Shown piece by piece: positions 1 through 8,071 of a stretch of 32,000 nt of DNA; position 1 is the first letter of the stretch; each line of letters opens with the position of its first letter. The notes beneath the pieces were generated by a model, which did not search any database, was not told the origin of the DNA, and saw only the letters and a program-made list of their open reading frames with translations. The DNA comes from an uncultured bacterium (lineage in GTDB: Bacteria > Pseudomonadota > Gammaproteobacteria > Coxiellales > Coxiellaceae). Both the position numbers and the translations under genes were made by a program. The stretch lies in contig CBFGTC010000001.1 of NCBI GenBank assembly GCA_965651935.1, positions 9,476-41,475 on the forward strand. The letters are read 5' to 3'.

Positions 1-520
1 CGTTTATTGCTGAAACCTTTTTATCTACACAAAAATTACCGGAAATCGAAATATATTTAAGCAAAGGATATTGCTGTAAAATCCAATTTAACATTTCCTC
101 CGCTGCTTTGGTCACCATGTTATGGCCAGAAGCATCTCCTGTTTGCAAGGAAAATCGAATATAGAGCAGATTGCCGACGATTTGAGCGTGCCAATCTTGT
201 AAGTTAGCAAAGCGGCTGCTGGCGGAAGCCAGTTCTGTCAAAACCTGGCGCTGTAAAGGCAAATCATTTAACACTTGCTGAGCGTATTCCGCAGTGGGGG
301 CCTCCACTAAAATGGAGCGAGTCATGCAGTCTTGTATAATTACCGCCTGTATTCCGCCTGCCAGCCGAGAAACTCGCGCTCCTCGATCTGTGGAAGGCCA
401 CAATGGGGACTCAAAAGTAGCCAAAGGCGCCATGACTTCGGCTTCGATAACCGGTCCTGTAATTTTTACAGGGCCAATAGTTTTCATAGGAATAGGGGCG
501 GCGGAAACGGGACGCTTCAA
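1..520 (-). CDS. HMG-CoA reductase, short class I type, N-terminal ~173 aa (gene continues beyond the left edge)
   Basis: This is my own minus-strand translation; it is absent from the ORF track because it is open-ended. It reads KRPVSAAPIPMKTIGPVKITGP..PLATFESPLWPSTDRGARVS..YIRFSLQTGDASGHNMVTKA..ISGNFCVDKKVSAIN. This is colinear with the class I HMGR core (..PMATTEGCLVASTNRGC..IRFQSRSGDAMGMNM..SGNYCTDKKPAAIN). The TTG at 520-518 has GAGGAG about 8 nt upstream, and an in-frame TGA lies two codons before it. An alternative ATG start is at 487. Confidence 0.85.
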   Translation of the reverse strand, partial: MKRPVSAAPIPMKTIGPVKITGPVIEAEVMAPLATFESPLWPSTDRGARVSRLAGGIQAVIIQDCMTRSILVEAPTAEYAQQVLNDLPLQRQVLTELASASSRFANLQDWHAQIVGNLLYIRFSLQTGDASGHNMVTKAAEEMLNWILQQYPLLKYISISGNFCVDKKVSAIN

Positions 521-555
521 ATTTCAAACTCCTCTCATGGCTAAATAAGCCACAA

Positions 556-584
556 ATTATAACGAAATTTGCCCAGCCTGTGAA
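556..584 (-). promoter_or_regulatory. Putative sigma70 promoter for the HMGR gene
   Basis: On the minus strand: -35 TTCACA (584-579), 17-nt spacer, -10 TATAAT (561-556). It lies about 35 nt upstream of the TTG start. Confidence 0.4.
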
Positions 585-660
585 TAAGCGCTTACGCTGC
601 CTCAACTGAGCCGACACTTGCGCTCTGATAACCTTCGCTTTAAGCCTCGGCTTATTTGAA

Positions 661-689
661 TTGACCCACAACAAATCTTCGGCAATAAT
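661..689 (+). promoter_or_regulatory. Putative sigma70 promoter for the ABC transporter genes
   Basis: -35 TTGACC (661-666), 17-nt spacer, -10 AATAAT (684-689). It is divergent from the HMGR promoter. Confidence 0.3.
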
Positions 690-778
690 TTTGTTTTTTT
701 CTGGGCCTAGACAGCGTTAAAAATTTGCCAAGCTGAGCTTTAGCTTCTAGGTTTAGTAGTAAATATAGCACTTCACAG

Positions 779-1546
779 GTGGCAATAGTGGAAAATGATC
801 CGATAATTGTTATCAAAAATCTCACTAAACGCTATGCGTATTCACATCAATTGGCGCTTGATAATTTAAATTTATCTATCCGGCGAGGTGAGTTTTTTGG
901 TTTACTTGGGCCGAATGGTAGCGGTAAAACCACTTTGATTTCAATTATTTGCGGCCAACTTAAAGCCAACAGCGGCGAAGTGAATATAGCTGGGGAAGAA
1001 ATTCCACGCCATATTGGCCGAGTTAAATCGATATTGAATTTAGTGCCGCAGGAAATTGCTCTCTATCCCAGCTTAACGCTAAAAGAAAATATCCATTTTT
1101 TCGGTAAAATGTACGGGCTGAATGCCCAACTGCTCAAAGAGCGCACCGAAGAATGCTTAGAAATATCTGGGTTAAAAGACTCACAAGATCAGCCAATCAG
1201 TACCTTTTCAGGCGGTATGCAAAGACGGGCCAATTTAATCATGAGCTTGGTAAACCACCCACAAATTTTATTTCTTGATGAACCCGCAGCCCACGTGGAC
1301 CCTCAATCCCGTAATCTTATTTTTAATATTTTAAATACACTCAATCAAAAAGGCGCAACCATTATTTATACCACCCACTATTTGGAAGAAGCCCAATATC
1401 TGTGTGAACGGGTAGCGATTTTAGATAATGGAAAAGTTCTGTGTAACGATTCTCCTCAGAATTTAATCAAAAAGATACCCAATGCCACTACCCTAGTGGA
1501 TGTTTTTTTCCATCTTACCGGCAAAGAAGTTAGAGACGAAATATGA
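779..1546 (+). CDS. ABC transporter ATP-binding protein (ABC-2/DrrA-like exporter ATPase)
   Basis: Walker A GPNGSGKTT, signature FSGGMQRR, Walker B ILFLDEP, H-loop TTHYLEEA. The start is GTG at 779. GTG at 788 is preceded by AGGTGG (777-782) at 5 nt and may be the true start. Confidence 0.9.
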   Translation: MAIVENDPIIVIKNLTKRYAYSHQLALDNLNLSIRRGEFFGLLGPNGSGKTTLISIICGQLKANSGEVNIAGEEIPRHIGRVKSILNLVPQEIALYPSLTLKENIHFFGKMYGLNAQLLKERTEECLEISGLKDSQDQPISTFSGGMQRRANLIMSLVNHPQILFLDEPAAHVDPQSRNLIFNILNTLNQKGATIIYTTHYLEEAQYLCERVAILDNGKVLCNDSPQNLIKKIPNATTLVDVFFHLTGKEVRDEI

Positions 1547-2778
1547 TCACTAAATATTTAGCAATTTTCAGTAAGGAATGGCGGTTATTGTGGAGAGATA
1601 AAGTCGGACTTATCTTTTTATTTTTACTCCCCATGTGTTTAGTGTTATTTATTACTTTGACCAGCAGTGAAAGTGATGATAAACCGCGTCAATTTAAGTT
1701 ATTGATATTGAATCAAGATAGCAATGGCGAACTCAGCAATGGTTTTATTAAAGCCTTACAGAGCATTAAAAATTTTAATATTGATCAAGAACTTGAAAAA
1801 AAACCGATAACACCTGACAAGGCAGAGAAAGCGGTGGCGGAAGGGGATTATCAAGCTTTCATTATCATTCCCGAGCAATTTAGCCAACAAATCAAAAGTA
1901 AATTACAACAACAAATTCAACCCAGCTCTTCAACAGGGCAAGCTCCCGATATCCAAGTTTATTATGACCCGGCCTTACCACGGGCCTTTCAGGATCAAAT
2001 GACCGCCACATTCCAAGTCATCACTCAGAATTTAGAACTGCAATTATGGCGTCAACTAAGCAGTAAATTGGCTTCTCGCCCTATTAATACCAATAACGTC
2101 AATCTGATAAAATTTAAAACCGAATATGTGAAAGGATCTGAAAATCAACCGGTTTCTGCTCCGAATGAAGTACAACAAAACGTCCCTGCCTGGGCATTAT
2201 TCGGTATGTTTTTTATTATCACCCCTTTATCCGGTATGTTAGTCAGAGAACGGCGGTTGGGGATGATGGAACGGGTGCGTCTTGCTCCGGTTTCACTTTA
2301 TACCACGATTTGGGGAAAAATCACGGCTTTTGTCTGTGTTAATCTTTTACAATTGGCATTGATGTTAGCCGTGGGAATGTATATTTTGCCCTTATTCGAT
2401 TTCCCCGCTTTAGATGTGTTTAATCACTTCGCTCCGCTTCTCGCTATCGGCATCGCCGCTTCTTTGGCCGCCACGGGTTTTGGAATGTTGATCGGTTCTT
2501 TAGTGAGGACCTCCGAACAAGCGAATGTCATTGGACCTTTTATTATTGTGATTTTAGCTGCGATTGGTGGAATATTAGTCCCTGTATACCTTTTGCCTGA
2601 AGGCCTAAAAAGAGTCACCGAATTTTCTCCCATGTATTGGGCTTTAGAGGCTTTTATTGACATCTTCGTTCGCAATGCCTCTACTTTAGACATTTTACCT
2701 GCCGTGGGTAAATTATTGGGTTTTTCTATAGTGACAATTACTCTTTCCTCGTTAATTCTGGGCCGATTTCGAAGATAA
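1543..2778 (+). CDS. ABC-2 type transporter permease with a large extracytoplasmic loop after TM1
   Basis: ATGA overlap with the ATPase gene. There is an N-terminal TM helix, then a hydrophilic stretch of about 170 aa, then about 5 C-terminal TM helices (..VPAWALFGMFFII.., ..FSPMYWALEAF..), which is typical ABC-2 membrane architecture. Confidence 0.85.
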   Translation: MITKYLAIFSKEWRLLWRDKVGLIFLFLLPMCLVLFITLTSSESDDKPRQFKLLILNQDSNGELSNGFIKALQSIKNFNIDQELEKKPITPDKAEKAVAEGDYQAFIIIPEQFSQQIKSKLQQQIQPSSSTGQAPDIQVYYDPALPRAFQDQMTATFQVITQNLELQLWRQLSSKLASRPINTNNVNLIKFKTEYVKGSENQPVSAPNEVQQNVPAWALFGMFFIITPLSGMLVRERRLGMMERVRLAPVSLYTTIWGKITAFVCVNLLQLALMLAVGMYILPLFDFPALDVFNHFAPLLAIGIAASLAATGFGMLIGSLVRTSEQANVIGPFIIVILAAIGGILVPVYLLPEGLKRVTEFSPMYWALEAFIDIFVRNASTLDILPAVGKLLGFSIVTITLSSLILGRFRR

Positions 2779-2885
2779 TACGTTGTAATGCACTATAATT
2801 AGTCTATACGCGATGGAGGGGGCCAAGCAGTTGAAAAAACCGGGCACTATTGTTATAACTAACACCCCGTCAAAGGAGAACCTCT

Positions 2886-3494
2886 TTGAATGAATTAAGC
2901 AAAAATCAGCAAAAGCACGCCATTGTTTCTTTTGATTCCGAACCGTTAATTTTGGTTGATGACCAAGACGGCGAAATAGGCTATCAAGATAAACTCAGTT
3001 GCCACACTGGCTCGGGCATCTTACACCGGGCATTTTCTTTATTTATTTTTAATGGAAAAGGCGAACTCTTACTACAACAGCGCAGTAATAACAAACATCT
3101 GTGGCCGTTATATTGGTCTAATAGTTGCTGTAGTCATCCACGCCGCGGTGAAACCATGGAAGAAGCGATCCACCGAAGGTCGCAACAGGAATTGGGCATT
3201 ACAACCCATTTTCAATATCTTTATAAATTTAAATATCAGGTCTCTTTTCATGATATCGGCGCTGAACACGAGTTGTGCTGGGTTTTTGTCGGCAGCAGCT
3301 CCGGGCCGGTGCGTGTTAACGAGAACGAAGTGGCAAACTGGCGTTTCATCAGCGCAAGTGATTTAGAAGCAGAAATGCAAAACAGTCCGCAGAATTTTAC
3401 GCCCTGGTTCAAATTGGAATGGCAGCGCTTGACCCAAGACTATCGCGAAGCTTTAAGTGCATTACACGTTAAATTACCGAAAATAGGAGCATAA
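2886..3494 (+). CDS. idi: Isopentenyl-diphosphate delta-isomerase, type 1 (Nudix family)
   Basis: LHRAFSLFIFN, WPLYWSNSCCSHP (catalytic Cys region), EHELCWVF (catalytic Glu region). TTG start with AAGGAG upstream. Confidence 0.9.
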   Translation: MNELSKNQQKHAIVSFDSEPLILVDDQDGEIGYQDKLSCHTGSGILHRAFSLFIFNGKGELLLQQRSNNKHLWPLYWSNSCCSHPRRGETMEEAIHRRSQQELGITTHFQYLYKFKYQVSFHDIGAEHELCWVFVGSSSGPVRVNENEVANWRFISASDLEAEMQNSPQNFTPWFKLEWQRLTQDYREALSALHVKLPKIGA

Positions 3495-3495
3495 A

Positions 3496-4641
3496 ATGGC
3501 TATACCGCTGGTACAAACTTATCGCATCGCTCGTTACCTGATTAGTCAAAAAATTCGCGGCAATAAACGCTATCCTTTAGTGTTAATGCTCGAACCGCTT
3601 TTCCAATGCAATTTGGCTTGTGCCGGTTGCGGAAAAATAGATTATCCAGATGACATATTGCGAAAACGCTTATCCGTAGAACAAGCTTTGGCGGCCGTCG
3701 ACGAGTGTGGCGCCCCGATGATTTCTATCCCGGGTGGAGAGCCACTAATTCATAAAGATATGCCGGAAATAGTGAAAGGTATTGTGGCACGGAAAAAATT
3801 TGTCTATCTATGCACCAACGCCTTATTACTAGAAAAAAAACTGGATGACTATCAACCCTCCCCTTATTTAACTTTTTCCATTCATTTAGACGGAAATCGC
3901 GAGCGCCATGATGCTTCCGTTTGCCGCGAAGGGGTTTTTGATAAAGTGATTGAAGTTATCAAATTAACCAAGAACAGAGGTTTCCGGATCAATATCAATT
4001 GCACTTTGTTCCAAGGTGAAGGAGCGGCAGAAGTCGCGGAATTTTTTGACTATATTACCGAATTAGGAGTAGACGGCATTACCGTGTCTCCCGGCTTTAG
4101 TTATGATCATGCCCCCCGTCAAGACGTATTTTTACCGCGTACTAAAACTAAGGAACTATTCCGTGATATTTTCCAAACGCAAAAAGTGGCTGGAAAAAAA
4201 CGTTGGCCGATCAGTCAATCCAGTTTATTTATTGATTTTTTATGTGGAAATCAGACTTATCAATGCACCCCCTGGAGTAATCCCACTTATAACATTTTTG
4301 GCTGGCAAAAACCGTGTTATTTATTAGTCGATGAAGGTTATGCCCCTAGTTTTAAAGCGTTAATGGAAGAAACCAGCTGGTCTCAATACGGCACGGGTAA
4401 TAATCCCAAATGCGATAATTGCATGGCGCATTGTGGTTATGAAGGCACCGCCATCAATGATACTTTTGCTAAGCCGTGGAAAGCGCTGAAAGTGGCATTA
4501 TTCGGACCGCGGACTCAAGGACCACTGGCGCCAGAGTTACCGGTTCGCTACGACCGCAATCAATTTACCGATGCTGGCGCTCTGGCTAGCATCTCTATCA
4601 ATGAATTGCGTAAGACCGCAAAAAAAGAGCCGAAATCATGA
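3496..4641 (+). CDS. hpnH: Radical SAM adenosylhopane synthase HpnH
   Basis: N-terminus RYPLVLMLEPLFQCNLACAGCGKIDYP with the CxxxCxxC radical SAM motif and GAPMISIPGGEPL. Length is 381 aa. It starts 1 nt after the idi stop. Confidence 0.9.
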   Translation: MAIPLVQTYRIARYLISQKIRGNKRYPLVLMLEPLFQCNLACAGCGKIDYPDDILRKRLSVEQALAAVDECGAPMISIPGGEPLIHKDMPEIVKGIVARKKFVYLCTNALLLEKKLDDYQPSPYLTFSIHLDGNRERHDASVCREGVFDKVIEVIKLTKNRGFRININCTLFQGEGAAEVAEFFDYITELGVDGITVSPGFSYDHAPRQDVFLPRTKTKELFRDIFQTQKVAGKKRWPISQSSLFIDFLCGNQTYQCTPWSNPTYNIFGWQKPCYLLVDEGYAPSFKALMEETSWSQYGTGNNPKCDNCMAHCGYEGTAINDTFAKPWKALKVALFGPRTQGPLAPELPVRYDRNQFTDAGALASISINELRKTAKKEPKS

Positions 4642-6017
4642 GTATTTCGATTCGCGAACTGCTACAAAATCATCAAAATCAGCAATTTGAATTATACGAC
4701 CGTTATTTAAATCATCAATTATTGCGTGTTTTACAAACTTTAGGTTTTAACAAAAAATACGTTCGAGCCGAATCTCAATATTTATTTGATCAAGAAGGCC
4801 AGCGTTATTTAGATTTACTAAGCGGATATGGCGTTTATAGCTTTGGCAGAAACCATCCGAAAATTATCGCCGCTTTAAAAGAAACACTCGATGCTCAATT
4901 GGCTAACATGGTGCAATTTGATGCTCCCTTATTAGCGGCATGTTGTGCAGAACAATTGACAAAACATTTACCGGAACAATTAACCAAATTTTTCTTTTGC
5001 AATTCCGGCACTGAAAGCATTGAAGGCGCCATAAAATTTGCGCGGGCCGCCACCAAACGAGAAAAAATATTATCCTGCGATGCGGGTTTCCACGGTTTAA
5101 CCACGGGGGCTTTGGCTTTAAACGGCAGTGAAGTTTTTAAAAAAGCGTATTACCCGCTATTATCGGCGGATAAAATCGCTTTTAACGATATAGTCGAATT
5201 AGAGCAAGCTTTAAAAACCAAGCAATATGCTTGCTTTGTGATCGAGCCCATTCAGGGTAAAACCGTCAATATCCCTGCGCCAACTTATTTACCTCAAGTT
5301 TCTCAACTATGTGAAAAATACGGCACTTTATTGGTGATTGACGAAGTGCAAACGGGCGTTGGGCGCACTGGAAAATTTTTAGCATCACAACATTGGCCGC
5401 AAACCGATGCTGATATAGTCACTTTATCTAAAGCCTTGTCTGGCGGTTTTGTCCCAGTGGGCGTGATTGCGATGAAACCCTGGATTTTTGAGAAAACCTA
5501 TAAAAACATGGAGCACGCAGTAGTCCATTCTTGCACCTTTGGGCGCAATGATTTAGCCATGGCTGCCGCTTTAGCCACTCTAGATATTCTAGTGGAAGAA
5601 AATATGCTGGCTAAAGCGACTGAAAAAGGCCAAAAATTACTGATGCGACTGCAAGAGAAATTGCTGCCATTTGAAATGGTAAAAGAAGTGCGGGGCAAAG
5701 GAATGATGATAGGTATCGAATTTTGTCCCCCCAAAAGTTTAAGCTTACGAGCCGGTTGGACAATATTAGAATCCGCAAGCAAAGGTTTATTTTGTCAACT
5801 GATTGTCATACCCTTATTCAAAGATTTTAAAATGCTGACTCAAGTGGCTGGCCCCAATTGCCACGTCATTAAATTAATCCCACCACTGACTTTGAGTGAA
5901 GAAGACATAGAAGAAACGGTCAATGCATTTGAGCAAGTCGTCGCCTTAGCCCATCGTTTTCCCGGCGCCATTTGGGATTTAGGAAAAACCTTAACGAAGC
6001 ATTCTTTGGTAAAATAA
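4638..6017 (+). CDS. Class III PLP aminotransferase, HpnO-like (candidate aminobacteriohopanetriol-forming enzyme)
   Basis: DEVQTGVGRTGKF and the PLP-lysine region TLSKALSGG. ATGA overlap with hpnH. The HpnO assignment rests on context only. Confidence 0.8.
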   Translation: MSISIRELLQNHQNQQFELYDRYLNHQLLRVLQTLGFNKKYVRAESQYLFDQEGQRYLDLLSGYGVYSFGRNHPKIIAALKETLDAQLANMVQFDAPLLAACCAEQLTKHLPEQLTKFFFCNSGTESIEGAIKFARAATKREKILSCDAGFHGLTTGALALNGSEVFKKAYYPLLSADKIAFNDIVELEQALKTKQYACFVIEPIQGKTVNIPAPTYLPQVSQLCEKYGTLLVIDEVQTGVGRTGKFLASQHWPQTDADIVTLSKALSGGFVPVGVIAMKPWIFEKTYKNMEHAVVHSCTFGRNDLAMAAALATLDILVEENMLAKATEKGQKLLMRLQEKLLPFEMVKEVRGKGMMIGIEFCPPKSLSLRAGWTILESASKGLFCQLIVIPLFKDFKMLTQVAGPNCHVIKLIPPLTLSEEDIEETVNAFEQVVALAHRFPGAIWDLGKTLTKHSLVK

Positions 6018-6056
6018 TGCACATTTTACAAGCCAATTGCTCGAAAATGCATTTCT

Positions 6057-6114
6057 TTTACCTTGCCCCTTTGCGGAAGAGGTGAAAAAACGAATCATAT
6101 CGATGTTCATCTTA
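6057..6114 (-). repeat. Copy A of a dispersed ~60-nt hairpin repeat (core GGAAGAGGTGAAAAAA at 6075-6090)
   Basis: It aligns with 20019-20079 across the hairpin, the core and the distal block CGATGTTCnTCT. Its distal end contains the stop codon of the MFS gene (complement of 6107-6109). Confidence 0.6.
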
Positions 6115-7294
6115 CATCGCTGGATTTAGAGTAAATTCCAAACATGATAATAATCGAGATCAATTGCAAACTGATGATAAAAGCAACTATGCCAAAGAGC
6201 GAAATGTCGTAAAGTATACCCATAATTGCACTCCCAGCAAACCAAGCCACTCCATAACCCATATTAAAAATACCATAAGCTGAAGCGCGTTTAGTTTGAC
6301 CCACCATTTTGCCAACAATGGCGCGCATCAAGGATTGGTGCGCACCCATGCCTACCGCCCAAAGCATCACTCCGATAAAAGCCCATTCTGCATTTCCAAG
6401 AAAGACTAACGGCGCAAAACAAGCCGCGACAATGGTAGTGATAATCAAAATAATAAATCCGCACCGGTCGTATAAACGACCTAAAACTAAGGCAAAACCG
6501 CCGTCAACTCCCATGGCAATGGCATAAGATAATGGAATCCATGCCGGCGATAAAATATTTTTTTTTTCAAAATGATAAGCCATCAGGGGAAAATCAGCGT
6601 AACCAGCAGCAACGAATAACACTGCCAAGAAATAAAACCAAAACACTTTGGGAATGCCTTGAGAATCAAACTCAATGCGCTTAGTGCTGAGCTGCTGAGG
6701 ATGGGGATATATTCTTTTGGCAAACAACAAGCTAAGAATAGCAAAAAAGGCCGGGATAGCCAGAATAGCGAACGCCAAACGATAATCATTATTATTTTTA
6801 AAATATAACACGCCGGCTATAATTAAAGGACCGCACATGGCCCCAATTTGGTCCATCATTTCATGCAAACCAAAACCCCAACCCATCCCAAGGGATTCTC
6901 CCGCATGAGAAAGCATGGCGTCGCGTGCAGGAGTTCTTATGGCTTTACCAAGACGCTCCACAACGATTAAACCCGCTGCTACAGGCCAGTGGTGCGTCAA
7001 GGCCAATAATGGCACAGCAAATAAATTGATTATGTAACCTACGATAGTAATGGGCCAATATTTTTGACTACGGTCTGCTACATATCCCGAAACGACTCGA
7101 AGCGCATAACCCATCAACTCACCTAATCCAGCTACAAAACCCACTACCGCTGCGCTAGCTCCCAGGAAGGCCAAGAAGGGGCCTGTAATACTTCTGGCGC
7201 CTTCGTAAGTCACGTCGGCAAATAAACTGACGATTCCCAAAAAAATGACAAAGCGAAAGGCATGACGTTTATCAATGCCGCCGGTCTTAACCAT
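6107..7294 (-). CDS. MFS transporter (last gene of the sqs-shc-hpnG operon)
   Basis: 395 aa with about 12 predicted hydrophobic helices. It lies 22 nt downstream of hpnG on the same strand. Confidence 0.8.
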   Translation of the reverse strand: MVKTGGIDKRHAFRFVIFLGIVSLFADVTYEGARSITGPFLAFLGASAAVVGFVAGLGELMGYALRVVSGYVADRSQKYWPITIVGYIINLFAVPLLALTHHWPVAAGLIVVERLGKAIRTPARDAMLSHAGESLGMGWGFGLHEMMDQIGAMCGPLIIAGVLYFKNNNDYRLAFAILAIPAFFAILSLLFAKRIYPHPQQLSTKRIEFDSQGIPKVFWFYFLAVLFVAAGYADFPLMAYHFEKKNILSPAWIPLSYAIAMGVDGGFALVLGRLYDRCGFIILIITTIVAACFAPLVFLGNAEWAFIGVMLWAVGMGAHQSLMRAIVGKMVGQTKRASAYGIFNMGYGVAWFAGSAIMGILYDISLFGIVAFIISLQLISIIIMFGIYSKSSDVR

Positions 7295-7316
7295 GTTGTC
7301 TCCTTACTAAAAAGTC

Positions 7317-8069
7317 TTACTTAACTAATGCAATGGGAGCGGGGGTTATTGGCATAACGGAATCTTCCGTAATATTCATCAACGCCGCGGCTATTCTGAG
7401 AGAAGCCTTGGCCTGTGAAAATGCACGAAACAGATCAATGAGTTCAATAATACGCCGAGGTTTACAGATTTTTTTCATTAAATGCATTGGGTTAACCTCA
7501 CCTTCTTCAGACAAACAGGGATGCAGCCAACTTGGCAAGGCTTGTTCCGCTGGATCGACAATGCAACGGACCGCCATAAATTTGATTTTGGCTTGATAGG
7601 CAACCATCGCAATGGCCGCACTCTCCATGTCTACCGCTCCAGCTCGATACTCGGTAAAAAGCCGCTTTTTATCGTGGCTGGAAACGATAATCTCTCTCGC
7701 TTGCAATAAAGGCGCGTGACTCACCGAAACCTTATTCTTCAACTTATGGAATACTTGATTGCGCCAAGATGTGTCGGTCTTAAAAACTTGGTTTTGTTCG
7801 TTCATGACCACATCCGGTAGTATTAATTTTCCTGCTTTTAAATCCGGCGCTAACCCTCCTGCTGTGCCCCAACTCACTAAAGCCCGAGCCCCACAATGGA
7901 TTAAATGCAGAGCTCCAGCATGGGCTCGTTCATGCCCAATTCCACAGACATGTAATAGCAATCGAGGCGCAAATAAAAAAGTTTGACCTACATGAAGTTT
8001 TTTAGGGAATAAGCTTTGTGCTTCTATCGGCAGAGCAGCAATCACCCCGACACAACCGGCAACCGACAT
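7317..8069 (-). CDS. hpnG: Hopanoid-associated nucleoside phosphorylase/nucleosidase HpnG
   Basis: PNP/MTAN-family features (GIGHERA.., GAVDMESAAIA), 250 aa. It lies 2 nt downstream of shc. Confidence 0.75.
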   Translation of the reverse strand: MSVAGCVGVIAALPIEAQSLFPKKLHVGQTFLFAPRLLLHVCGIGHERAHAGALHLIHCGARALVSWGTAGGLAPDLKAGKLILPDVVMNEQNQVFKTDTSWRNQVFHKLKNKVSVSHAPLLQAREIIVSSHDKKRLFTEYRAGAVDMESAAIAMVAYQAKIKFMAVRCIVDPAEQALPSWLHPCLSEEGEVNPMHLMKKICKPRRIIELIDLFRAFSQAKASLRIAAALMNITEDSVMPITPAPIALVK

Positions 8070-8071
8070 GA

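Noticed and set aside
536-538. Four-codon mini-ORF ATG AGA GGA GTT TGA (minus strand, 538-524) in the HMGR leader as a regulatory uORF
   Set aside because: It has no Shine-Dalgarno of its own. Its sequence is simply the GAGGAG ribosome-binding site of the TTG start, so coincidence is the simpler explanation.
294-674. Track ORFs 294-548 (+), 332-544 (+) and 411-674 (-)
   Set aside because: They overlap the well-supported minus-strand HMGR coding frame and its promoter/leader. Their translations have no recognisable motifs and are low-complexity shadows of the real frame.
565-733. Direct repeat AAATTTGCC(C/A)AGC at about 565-580 and 721-733 in the HMGR/ABC divergent region as paired operator sites
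   Set aside because: Only 9-12 nt match in an AT-rich region, there is no dyad symmetry, and the match is within chance expectation.
2779-2885. GGAGGGGGCCAAGCAGTTGAAAAAAC upstream of idi as a fifth copy of the hairpin repeat; also TATAAT at 2794-2799 as an idi promoter
   Set aside because: Similarity to the repeat is limited to the GTTGAAAAAAC tail, and the upstream arm is missing. The TATAAT has no acceptable -35 at 16-18 nt, so I did not list it as a promoter.
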